From: an uncultured Gammaproteobacteria bacterium
GTDB lineage: Bacteria > Patescibacteriota > Microgenomatia > UBA12405 > CAZGPK01
Length of the DNA: 53,991 nt
Direction: 5' to 3'
Assembly (NCBI GenBank): GCA_964527115.1
Contig: CAZGPK010000001.1
Location: 43,729 to 97,719 of the forward strand
Positions 42,335-50,734 of this stretch are shown piece by piece. How positions within the stretch are numbered: position 1 is the stretch's first letter; every line of letters starts with the position of its first letter. A program made the position numbers and the translations under genes. The notes beneath the pieces were generated by a model, which worked only from the letters and a program-made list of their open reading frames with translations, was not told where the DNA came from and did not search any database.

Positions 42335-43396
42335 TTATTTTTGAGTTAGCTTGGTAAGCTGGTTTAGGTGGGGGAAAAGAAGTTTAAGAATGGGAGAAAA
42401 AGCGAAGATGGGAGTGGGATTTTGGAGAAAGACTTTTTTGTCTGATATTTGGCGCAGGTTTTGAGCAAAACGCCTTTTCTTTTGGTATTTTAGGGTTAAA
42501 AGATTGATATAAAAATGGAGAATACCTTTGATTTTCACAAGGCCTAAGGCAGGAGAGAGGGGAAGGTATATTAAAGAGAAAAAAAGGCGAAAGAGAGTAA
42601 GAATAGGCAAGAGGAGAAGGAAGTTTAAAAGAGATAAGTTTTTGTAATAGGTGGCCAGAAGGTTTGTTTCTGCCTCACCGGTAATTTTAAGCTCCAGAGA
42701 ACGGGTTTTTTGGCTGCCGTGGCCGCGATGATAACAGAGAGCCTGGGGTTGACAGATGATTTTTTGGCCAGCTAAAAGCAGTCTCCAGGATAAATCGTTA
42801 TCAACCATATACATAAAGTAGTCTTTGTCAAAAGAGCCGTATTTTAAGAAAACTTCTTTTTTAAAGAGGGTGGCAATAGTTAATCCAAAAAAAACAGGGA
42901 AGGGATGCAGGCGAAAAGGAGAGGGAATATCCTGGTATTTTTCACCGCCCAGAAAGCCGGTGAAAATACCGGCAGCTAAATTTAAAATACTGCCTCCGGC
43001 GCAATCAACAGTTTTGCCGTCCCAGGAGAGAGAAAGAGGGGCGACAATGGCAGTTTTTGGATCTTTTCTTAAAGTTTTAAAGAGCTGGTTTAACCAATCG
43101 GGAGCAAGTCTGATATCAGGGTTTAGAAAGGCGAAATAATCATATTTTTTTTGAAGAAGGTACTCAACTGCTTGGTAAAGACCGCCGCCGTAGCCTAAGT
43201 TTTTTTTGTTTTCGACAATTTTCACCCAAGAATAGTTTTGGCGGACAAAAGTCAGACTTTGATCTTGAGAGGCGTTGTCGAAAAGATAGGTGTCAAAATT
43301 TTTAAAGGTTTGTGACTTTAAAGAGGAGAAAAGATCAGGGAGGTGGGAGCGGCTATTGTAATTTAAAATAATGAGGGCAATTTTAGGTTTTTTCAC
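42335..43396 (-). CDS. GT2 glycosyltransferase
   Basis: IILNYN, DNAS.D.S, N.GYGGG, LNPD, YFMY..D.DL.WR. Confidence 0.9.
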   Translation of the reverse strand: MKKPKIALIILNYNSRSHLPDLFSSLKSQTFKNFDTYLFDNASQDQSLTFVRQNYSWVKIVENKKNLGYGGGLYQAVEYLLQKKYDYFAFLNPDIRLAPDWLNQLFKTLRKDPKTAIVAPLSLSWDGKTVDCAGGSILNLAAGIFTGFLGGEKYQDIPSPFRLHPFPVFFGLTIATLFKKEVFLKYGSFDKDYFMYMVDNDLSWRLLLAGQKIICQPQALCYHRGHGSQKTRSLELKITGEAETNLLATYYKNLSLLNFLLLLPILTLFRLFFSLIYLPLSPALGLVKIKGILHFYINLLTLKYQKKRRFAQNLRQISDKKVFLQNPTPIFAFSPILKLLFPHLNQLTKLTQK

Positions 43397-43415
43397 TTTT
43401 AGGTTTTTTATTTTA

Positions 43416-43460
43416 AAGAAGAGAAAAGGTTAGTTTTTAAGAAGAGAAAAGGTTAGTTTT
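43416..43460. repeat. 22-bp direct repeat (period 23) across the stop codon of the GT87-like gene
   Basis: AAGAAGAGAAAAGGTTAGTTTT at 43416-43437 and 43439-43460. An adjacent 13-bp pair TTTTAGGTTTTTT lies at 43381-43393 and 43397-43409. Confidence 0.92.
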
Positions 43461-44647
43461 AGAGAAAAAATCCAAAAAAGAGAAATGGAAAATAGGTAAA
43501 AGAGAAAAATATAGAGGGGAAGACCAGTGAGGCTTAGGCCTTGATCAGAGACTTTGAGGAGGGTGGGGTTAGTAGAATATGTTTGGGCAAGAGTGGTAAA
43601 TTTTTTAGGTAGAATCCAGAGAAAAAGTTGAGGAAGGAAAAAGGCATAATAGGAGAGGGCAGCTAAAGAGGAGAAGAAGGTGTAGGCAAGGGCTTTTTTG
43701 AAAGAAAAAAGAAGGAGGAGAGGCAGAGCCCAGAGAAGGTATTGGGTAGAGACTCCAGCAAAGACAAGAGGAAAAAGCAGAAAGCAGAGGAGGGAGTATT
43801 TCTTAAGCGAAAAAGAGGGGTGTTTGGCGGCATGAAAGACAAGGAGAGCAAGCAGGGCAAGATAAATAAATTTAGTAAGGGAGATAAGGTGGGGAAGAAT
43901 GCTAAGGGGGGCAAAAGCGCGGCCTTGACCTAGCCAGAAAATGCCTCTAAGCAGGCCCATGAATCCCTGATCGGGGAAGCCACTATAATTTAAAATATTG
44001 GCGGTGACAGCGGAGGGACTAAGGTAAACAAAAGGAGCCATGAGAGCGACCACTGGAGCCAGAGAGAAAAAGATAAAAATAGCTTTTTGCTGATGGTTTT
44101 TTAATTTAAGACAGAAAAAGGGAAGGAGGAGGACGGGAAACTCTTTTAGGGCTATTCCCATGCCTAACATGAGGGCAGAGAGGGTAAGGCGGCGAGGGAA
44201 AAAATATAGGGCAAGTAAGACAGTAAGTAAAGGCATACTGTCAAACTGGCCTTGAAAGGCAGTGATGAAAATACTAAGCGGGCAAAGGGCCCAAAGAAGG
44301 GCGGCTCTAAAAGCTAGTTTAGTTTTGCCAAGAAGAAGAAAAAGAAGAAGAGCAATGGCGCAGTCGGTGAAAATTATGGGGATTTTTACTAAAAATGGGT
44401 GGGGGAGGGAGGTTTTTTGTGAGAAATAAAGAGCAGTGGCTTGGTGGTAAAGCCAGGGGGGCGGATTGGGAGCTAGGCGGGTTTCTTGGTAAGCGTTCTT
44501 TCCAGAAAGGACGATTTGGGCAACTTCTTGAGAATTGGCCATATCCCCTACTGGCGGAGCCTTAAAGGCGGGAATTATACGGAGTAGGATAGTGGTGAAA
44601 ATGAGGATAAAACACTGGTACTTGAAGCTAGATTTTGATAGGTTCAT
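43430..44647 (-). CDS. GT87/DUF2029 (PIG-M-like) GT-C membrane glycosyltransferase
   Basis: GD loop, P.PP, KIP.I..D, W...P.S......GQFD, G..LK.FP, QY..W.LP. Confidence 0.8.
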   Translation of the reverse strand: MNLSKSSFKYQCFILIFTTILLRIIPAFKAPPVGDMANSQEVAQIVLSGKNAYQETRLAPNPPPWLYHQATALYFSQKTSLPHPFLVKIPIIFTDCAIALLLFLLLGKTKLAFRAALLWALCPLSIFITAFQGQFDSMPLLTVLLALYFFPRRLTLSALMLGMGIALKEFPVLLLPFFCLKLKNHQQKAIFIFFSLAPVVALMAPFVYLSPSAVTANILNYSGFPDQGFMGLLRGIFWLGQGRAFAPLSILPHLISLTKFIYLALLALLVFHAAKHPSFSLKKYSLLCFLLFPLVFAGVSTQYLLWALPLLLLFSFKKALAYTFFSSLAALSYYAFFLPQLFLWILPKKFTTLAQTYSTNPTLLKVSDQGLSLTGLPLYIFLFYLFSISLFWIFSLKLTFSLLKN

Positions 44648-45654
44648 GAATTTAGTTTCTTTAAAAAACGGGAGAGTATTTTATCCTTGTAGGTATCGGT
44701 TAACGAACGAAGAAGAAAGCTGGGGACAAGGATGGTACCCAGGGAAAAGAAATAGAAGCGGAGGTTAAGGAGATTTTTGGGGTAGAGAGTAGCTAGCTGG
44801 TAGATTTCCGAGATAAGGTCGGAGAAGCTACCGTAGTTTTTTATTTGTACTAACCCGACAAAGTGGGTGCAGATTTGGCGGATAGCGGCTTCTCTGGCCA
44901 TTTTATATTGGGATTCAGGATAGACTTTTTGAAACATGTTGACCCAGGTTTTAGTAGGAGAGGGGCGATAAATGCTTTTTTTAAAGCGGGTTTGGCTGGA
45001 GCGGATGCGGACAGCAACAGTAAAGTCTTTAAGGAAGACAACGGGGTGATGTTTGGTAATTCTAGCAAAGGGATAGATATGAGCGGGAAAGGTGTGGGGG
45101 TGAAAATCACCGGTAAAATATTTCATGCGGTAAGCCAGACCAGAGAGTTGGCCAACTGATTCAAAAATTTTTTCAGTTTCCCGGGGGCTGTTTTGGATAG
45201 AGATGAGGCTGTCTTTTTGGGGATTGTAGGGCAGGACGGCTCTGACTGGCTTTTGGGGATTATCCCAAAACCAGAAAAAGGGGCGGGTGACAGCGCCAAC
45301 TTTTGGGTTTTGAAAGGCCTCGTAAGTTTTGGCTAGGGCGCCAGGCAAAAGAAGGTCGTCTTGGCCCATGAGAAAAAGAAGGTCAGTGTCAACTAGTTTT
45401 TTAATTCTTTGGAGGTTTTTGCCATAACCGACGTTTTTTTTAAATTGGTGGATGGCAAAGCGGGAGGCGGGAATTTTGAATTTCTTAAAAGTGTTTTTGA
45501 TTGTTTTTACTGTTTGGTCAGTGGAGCAGTCGTCGGCAATAATGATTTTCCAAGCTTTAAAATTTTGAGAAAAAATGCTTTCTAAGGTGTCTTTGATCCA
45601 GGCGCTGCCGTTGTAGCTGGGAATGGCAATGGTCAAAGAGAGTGGGAGGTTCAT
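44644..45654 (-). CDS. GT2 glycosyltransferase
   Basis: IAIPSYN, DDCSTD.T, N.GYG.N, MGQDD.L. Confidence 0.88.
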   Translation of the reverse strand: MNLPLSLTIAIPSYNGSAWIKDTLESIFSQNFKAWKIIIADDCSTDQTVKTIKNTFKKFKIPASRFAIHQFKKNVGYGKNLQRIKKLVDTDLLFLMGQDDLLLPGALAKTYEAFQNPKVGAVTRPFFWFWDNPQKPVRAVLPYNPQKDSLISIQNSPRETEKIFESVGQLSGLAYRMKYFTGDFHPHTFPAHIYPFARITKHHPVVFLKDFTVAVRIRSSQTRFKKSIYRPSPTKTWVNMFQKVYPESQYKMAREAAIRQICTHFVGLVQIKNYGSFSDLISEIYQLATLYPKNLLNLRFYFFSLGTILVPSFLLRSLTDTYKDKILSRFLKKLNS

Positions 45655-46781
45655 GAGGTTTGCTGTGGGGAGTGGGAAAGGCTTTTAATAATTTCTTTTT
45701 CTTTTTTAGAACTGGCATCCCAGGAAAAGCGCAAAGGGTTAGTTTTGGCCTCTTGAGATAGTTTTTGGAAAAGCTGGGGGTCTTCTAGTAATTTAAGCAC
45801 TTTTTGGGAAAAATCGGGGAAGGAGAAAGAGTTGGCTTTTAGCATGCCGATAGGGAAGATTTCGGCAAAGACAGGTAAATCCCAGGCAACGACAGGTAAA
45901 CCGCGAGCTTGGGCCTCTAGGGGGGCCAGGCCAAAACCTTCCTCGCGGCTAGCTAGAACAAATATTTTTGTTTGAGAAAAGACAGTTTCCAGCTTTGACG
46001 GAGAAAGATAGCCTAAAAGCGTAATATTTTGGTCAAGACTCAGGGATTTGATTTGTTTTTTAAGGAGTTTTAGTGTGCGGGGGTGCCCCTGGCCAACAAG
46101 CGCTAAGCGGGCTTGGGGAAAATCTTGGCAGACAAGACTCCAGATCCGAAGAAGATCAAAGACTCCTTTGCTTTGGCGGATTTGGCCCAAGAAAAGGGCG
46201 TCGTATTGAGGGGAGGAGGGGGGAAGCGGAGATAGTTTTAAATCTAGGCCGGGGTAATTAAGATGGAGTTTGGCGGCAGGGAACTTAAGTTTGATGAGGT
46301 CTTTTTTAAGAAGGAAGTTGTCGACAACAATGGCGTCGGCTAGGGAGCGGATAAAAAGGAAGCTTAGGCGTTGGAGAAGGCTTGCCAAAAAGCGATGGCG
46401 GGGGACAAGATGAAAGATATGTTGGACCCAAAGAGCTTGGGGATAGCGCTTCTTAAGAAAGTAAGCGGGGATGACATCGGGGAAAAAGTCGGAGCTTGAG
46501 AGAAGAACATCTCCGGGAGAGATAGTGATTTTATTTTTAATGGCTTTGTCTAAAACTTTGAGAGTTCTTTTGAAATAGGTGGGGAAAATATAGTGAAAAG
46601 ATTTCTCTTCTGAGCTTAGAAGAAAGTCTCCTTGGTAGCCCTCTTCTTGGGCAAGGTTTTTCCCTAGGACTGAAGTGACAAGGAGTTTGGGGTTGGGGAG
46701 ATAATTTATAATTTTTAAGAGAACTAGGTCGCCTCCACTTTTGCCAGTAGAATAGGCGTTCATAAAGGCAATAGTTTTCAT
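45651..46781 (-). CDS. GT4 glycosyltransferase
   Basis: SGGD, FLGQ....KG, SREEGFGLAPLEA.A.GLPVV. Confidence 0.9.
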   Translation of the reverse strand: MKTIAFMNAYSTGKSGGDLVLLKIINYLPNPKLLVTSVLGKNLAQEEGYQGDFLLSSEEKSFHYIFPTYFKRTLKVLDKAIKNKITISPGDVLLSSSDFFPDVIPAYFLKKRYPQALWVQHIFHLVPRHRFLASLLQRLSFLFIRSLADAIVVDNFLLKKDLIKLKFPAAKLHLNYPGLDLKLSPLPPSSPQYDALFLGQIRQSKGVFDLLRIWSLVCQDFPQARLALVGQGHPRTLKLLKKQIKSLSLDQNITLLGYLSPSKLETVFSQTKIFVLASREEGFGLAPLEAQARGLPVVAWDLPVFAEIFPIGMLKANSFSFPDFSQKVLKLLEDPQLFQKLSQEAKTNPLRFSWDASSKKEKEIIKSLSHSPQQTS

Positions 46782-47629
46782 TTTTTAAAAGGACTTTTTA
46801 AAAAGCGTTGGTAAAGATAAAGGAAGCCGACTAGGCCACGAAGGAAAGTTATTCCCAGAAAAAGCTGGGGACGAGTAAGGAGACGCTGCCATTTGCCATG
46901 CTCGACAAAGACGCCGAAAGCTCGGTAGTAGGGGCCAAACTGCTTTTTTAAGTCAGGGTCTCCCCTACCCCATTTTTGAAAATATTTTTTCTGAGCTTTA
47001 AGATAGTAGGATTTTTTGGCAAGATAGTCTTGGAGACGAAAGTCTTTTTCGTGGTGACAAATGTAAGCTCTGGGAGAGTCAATAAGGGTGCTTTGGCCCA
47101 AGACTTTAACTCTTTTATCTAAATCCCAATCTTCGAAGGCGTGGAGTTTTTCATCGAATCCAGCACTTTTTAGAAATGCTTTTTTGGTAAAGAAGCGAAG
47201 GCCGTCAATGGGGGTGCCGCTGTAAAAGCTTCTTTCAAAGGCGCGAACCTGGCCCCAATAGCCTTGGCCAATAATTTTTTCGGGAAGGTAGGCGGCAATA
47301 AGTTTGGGGTTTTTTTGGAAGACAGAAATGGTGGTTTTAATTAAATCCGGAGAGGCAGTCATATCAGCGTCTAAAAAGAGAAGGTATTGGCCTCGGGCTT
47401 TTTGGGCGGCAAAGTTTCTTTGGGTGGAGCGTTCAGGGCCGATTTGATAAAGCCGGAAAATGAATGGTTTGGCAATTTCTGTCGTTTTGTCGGTGGAAAA
47501 ATTGTCAACGAGAATAATTTCCAAGTTTTTCGAGGGATAGGTTTGGCTTTTTAGGCTTTGGAGGCAGGCCTTAATATTTTTTTCTTCGTTTTTGGTGGGG
47601 ATGATAATGGAGACGAGGGGATACTTCAT
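46778..47629 (-). CDS. GT2 glycosyltransferase
   Basis: SIIIPTKNEE, VDN.STD.T, ERS.QRN, FLDAD, FDE.L...EDWD. Confidence 0.9.
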   Translation of the reverse strand: MKYPLVSIIIPTKNEEKNIKACLQSLKSQTYPSKNLEIILVDNFSTDKTTEIAKPFIFRLYQIGPERSTQRNFAAQKARGQYLLFLDADMTASPDLIKTTISVFQKNPKLIAAYLPEKIIGQGYWGQVRAFERSFYSGTPIDGLRFFTKKAFLKSAGFDEKLHAFEDWDLDKRVKVLGQSTLIDSPRAYICHHEKDFRLQDYLAKKSYYLKAQKKYFQKWGRGDPDLKKQFGPYYRAFGVFVEHGKWQRLLTRPQLFLGITFLRGLVGFLYLYQRFLKSPFKK

Positions 47630-49101
47630 TTTTTGCTGGAAAAATCTAGAAGGCGAGCGGGGATTTTTAGAGCTAGACGGGTGTAGTAGAGAAAGTTTTC
47701 AGGGGAGCTTAAGCCTTCAAAAAGCTTTCTTAAAAGAAAGGTAGGAGTGAGGGAAAGAGTGTAAAAGCGGCGGACATGGGCCGAAAGAGTTGGGGGTGAA
47801 ATTTTGGTTTTTAAGACAGGGCGGCTCATGTCAAAGTCGTCCCAGTTGCTAGTTTCTAGGAGGTTTTTTTCTTTGGCTTCTTTAAAAAGTGGAGTTCCGG
47901 GATAGGGAATGACAATGGTGGCTTGGAGGCTATCGACGAGACCCTTTTCTGTTAAATGGTGGACAAAACGGTAGGTGTTTTCCAGCTCTTTTTGGCTTTC
48001 CCAGGGGTAGCCCACCATGACAGTTAAGTGAGGGTTAAGACCGGCTTTTTTAGCTTTTTCTAGGGCAGGGATAACTTTGGTAATTTTTAGATTTTTGTGA
48101 AGGCGATCGAGGGTTTCTTGATTGGCAGACTCCAAGCCAAAGAGGAGAAAGCGGAAACCGGCTTTTTTCATAAGACGATAGTCAGAGCTCGTGAGATTGT
48201 TGTTAAAGCGCATATTACAGCTTATCTTTAGCTTTTGGTGGTAACCCCGCTTGATCATGCCCAGACAGAACTTTTTAAGCCAATCCCCTACTGGAAAAGT
48301 GCCGGAGTCGTCCATGATTTCGCGAATGTGGTATTTCTTTATTAGAGAGCCTACCTCGTCAAGGGCTTTGGTGACGGAAATGGTACGGCAGTTTTTACCG
48401 GGGAAAAGAGTGGTCCAGGAGCAAAAGGTACAGCGACCCCACCAGCAGTCACGGGCAAACATGGTGTAGGTGCCGGGATAACGACGGTAGTTGGAGTTCT
48501 TGCGGGAATAGAGGTGCCAGCAGGTTAGGTCGCGATCGATGGGAGGTAGTTTTTCAAGATTCTGGCTTAGCTTGAAGTGGCCAGTATTTTTTATTTCTTT
48601 TCCTGATCGATAGTAGATACCGGGAGTGAGTTTTTTGTTTTTTTGGGGGTGTTCAAGATGTTCAACTAGGTTTTGCAAAAGAAAGTCCCAGTCACCGCCA
48701 GTCAGGCAGTAGTCAACGGGAGAGTATTTAAATGACTCTTCGGGGAGGGCGCTAATATGGTCTCCAGCCAAGACGATAATAAGATGGGGATAGGTTTTTT
48801 TTAGGTCTTTTATCATCTGCCAATGTTGCTTGACAACTGGAGTTTTGGTTTCTAAGAAAAGCAGATTTGGCTGGAACTCTTCTAGTTTTTTTAGCCAGAC
48901 CTGGTAAGAGTAGTTTTGGGCGATACCATCTAGCCAAAGAACTTGGTGTCCCAGAGATTTAAGAAGAGTGGCGGCTGAGGCGGGAACCATGGGATAGGCA
49001 GCCCAATACTGGTGGGCCCATTGAAATTGACGATTTTGACCCAAAAGAGGAAAGCCCTTTGTTGGGCTCTTAAGAGGAGGATAAGCGATGATAATTTTCA
49101 T
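47626..49101 (-). CDS. B12-binding-domain radical SAM enzyme with CX4CX2C motif
   Basis: YPP N-terminus, L.GDH, RDCWWGRCTFC, DDSG, G.ESANQETL, MVGYPWE, PYPGTPLF. Confidence 0.9.
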   Translation of the reverse strand: MKIIIAYPPLKSPTKGFPLLGQNRQFQWAHQYWAAYPMVPASAATLLKSLGHQVLWLDGIAQNYSYQVWLKKLEEFQPNLLFLETKTPVVKQHWQMIKDLKKTYPHLIIVLAGDHISALPEESFKYSPVDYCLTGGDWDFLLQNLVEHLEHPQKNKKLTPGIYYRSGKEIKNTGHFKLSQNLEKLPPIDRDLTCWHLYSRKNSNYRRYPGTYTMFARDCWWGRCTFCSWTTLFPGKNCRTISVTKALDEVGSLIKKYHIREIMDDSGTFPVGDWLKKFCLGMIKRGYHQKLKISCNMRFNNNLTSSDYRLMKKAGFRFLLFGLESANQETLDRLHKNLKITKVIPALEKAKKAGLNPHLTVMVGYPWESQKELENTYRFVHHLTEKGLVDSLQATIVIPYPGTPLFKEAKEKNLLETSNWDDFDMSRPVLKTKISPPTLSAHVRRFYTLSLTPTFLLRKLFEGLSSPENFLYYTRLALKIPARLLDFSSKK

Positions 49102-49202
49102 AAATCAATTTTTTTTGACTATTTATAGTATACAGACTCAAAAAGCAGTAAAGGATGGCGAAAGGTATGTTGTTGAGCAATGGAAGGGTGTAGTATTTGC
49201 TG

Positions 49203-49889
49203 ATGATTGATACTAAGAAACTGATTAACGAAAATTTTATTTATCGAGAAAAGCTATACAAGGTGAATAAATTTGATAGGAGAAAATTAAAGATTTTAGT
49301 AAAATCTGTTCCCCGAGATGCCAGGGTCTTAGAAATAGGCTGTGGTTATGGTTTTCTTGCACAGCTTTTGCTTTCCAGAACAGATAAAGTTTGGGCAACC
49401 GATATTGTTCGAGGGATAGCAGAAAAACCATTAGCAGGTGGAGTAGTTTTTAAAAAAATGAAGGTGGGAAAATTACCATTTGAAAATAAGTTTTTTGACT
49501 GCTTAATTTCAACTGATGTGATAGAGCACGTGGAAGATGATAATGCTTTTTTGACTGAGTGTGGAAGAGTATTAAAGAAAAATGGAAAGATGATTACGAT
49601 GACTCCAAATAGATACCGTTTATCTTTTTGGCTTAAAAATTTAGTGCTTAGAAAACCGAAATTCCCCAATGAAAAAAGAATTGATCCTATTTTTGGGGTT
49701 GATCAGCATTTACGAGAATATGATAAAAAGGAGTTGCGGACTCTTTTTGACAAAAAAGATTGGAAAAAAATTAAAGTACAAGGTTATGGTTTTGGGCTAA
49801 GTAACCGTAAAGCTTTAGCAAAACTCATTGCTTCCCCTTGGGATTTTTGGTGCAATTATTTTTTGGTGACAGCAAAGAAAGGCCAGTAA
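49203..49889 (+). CDS. Class I SAM-dependent methyltransferase
   Basis: VLEIGCGYG, LPF....FD, DVIEHV, LK.NG......PN, H.REY. An alternative TTG start lies at 49197. Confidence 0.9.
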   Translation: MIDTKKLINENFIYREKLYKVNKFDRRKLKILVKSVPRDARVLEIGCGYGFLAQLLLSRTDKVWATDIVRGIAEKPLAGGVVFKKMKVGKLPFENKFFDCLISTDVIEHVEDDNAFLTECGRVLKKNGKMITMTPNRYRLSFWLKNLVLRKPKFPNEKRIDPIFGVDQHLREYDKKELRTLFDKKDWKKIKVQGYGFGLSNRKALAKLIASPWDFWCNYFLVTAKKGQ

Positions 49890-49911
49890 AGACAGGCTAG
49901 TAAAGACAGGC
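49885..49911. repeat. 13-bp direct repeat (period 14) across the methyltransferase stop codon
   Basis: AGTAAAGACAGGC at 49885-49897 and 49899-49911; the stop TAA is at 49887-49889. Confidence 0.9.
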
Positions 49912-49983
49912 CTTAAAATGTTAAAAACAAAGGAAAGGTAATAAAAAAAATAGGCTTATTCTTTACTTTGTGTAGATGGCTTT

Positions 49984-50652
49984 TTACTTTGACTTTCTGG
50001 CAATTATCAGTAGTTCCTGAGATAGAAATGAGAAAGGAGTAAATATCGGAAAGATGAAAACTTTGCCTGTTTTTTTTCTAAGGGAAGGGGTGGGAGGGAA
50101 ACCAAAAGATAATATTTTTTTTATTTTTATCTTTTGAAATCCGGCCTTTTTTAGTTTTTTTATCCAGTATTTTTGTTCTTGGACATTACAGTGGGTTTTG
50201 TCAGGATCATCTGAAAATTTTCGAAGGATGAAGGAAAGGTTAGGTGTAGTAGCATAAAAAAGCCCGTTGTTGGAAAGATTTTGATAGATTTGCTGAAGAA
50301 CTTTATCTATTTTATTTGAGGCCAGGTGTTCGAGTAAATCGAAAGCGGTAATTGTTTGAAATTTTTCTTTAAAAGGCCAATTTTTTTTGTAAATAGCTAA
50401 ATTGGCTCTGGTATATTCCCTGGCCTTTTCAATAGCATGGCTAGATATTTCTAGTCCAAAAGTTTTTAGTTTTTTTTGGTCAGAAAGGGAAAGAAAATAT
50501 CCATAAGCACAGCCAAAATCTTAAATGAATTTGGTTTGGGGGCAGATTGTTAAAATTTTTTTTAGATGGTAGTTAAAAATTTTTTGACGTTCTTGGTTAA
50601 AACTATAGGAATCAGATTGTTTTTGAAAGTAACTTTGATTGTAAGTGGCCAT
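49984..50652 (-). pseudogene. Class I SAM methyltransferase with a single in-frame TAA at codon 44
   Basis: ATG 50652: MATYNQSYF...TKFI*DFGCAYGYFL...GLEIS...AFDLLEHL...GLFY.TTPN...DKTH.N...ARKSK* (TAA 49984). The frame is open for 178 codons after the internal stop at 50521-50523. Confidence 0.9.
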
Positions 50653-50734
50653 ATTTGGAGAAAATTGTGCTAGAAAGAGACCCGGGTGGTGGGTGGTCTG
50701 GCGTGTGATAATTATACAGTGTAGAATTTGCTTG

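Noticed and set aside
47626-49101. Hopanoid (HpnJ) or bacteriochlorophyll (BchE) pathway assignment for the radical SAM genes
   Set aside because: No squalene-hopene cyclase or bch genes here; similarity is only at B12 radical SAM superfamily level.
141-49911. Short direct repeats as possible CRISPR array or IS ends
   Set aside because: Only 2-3 adjacent copies, no unique spacers, and no cas or transposase genes.
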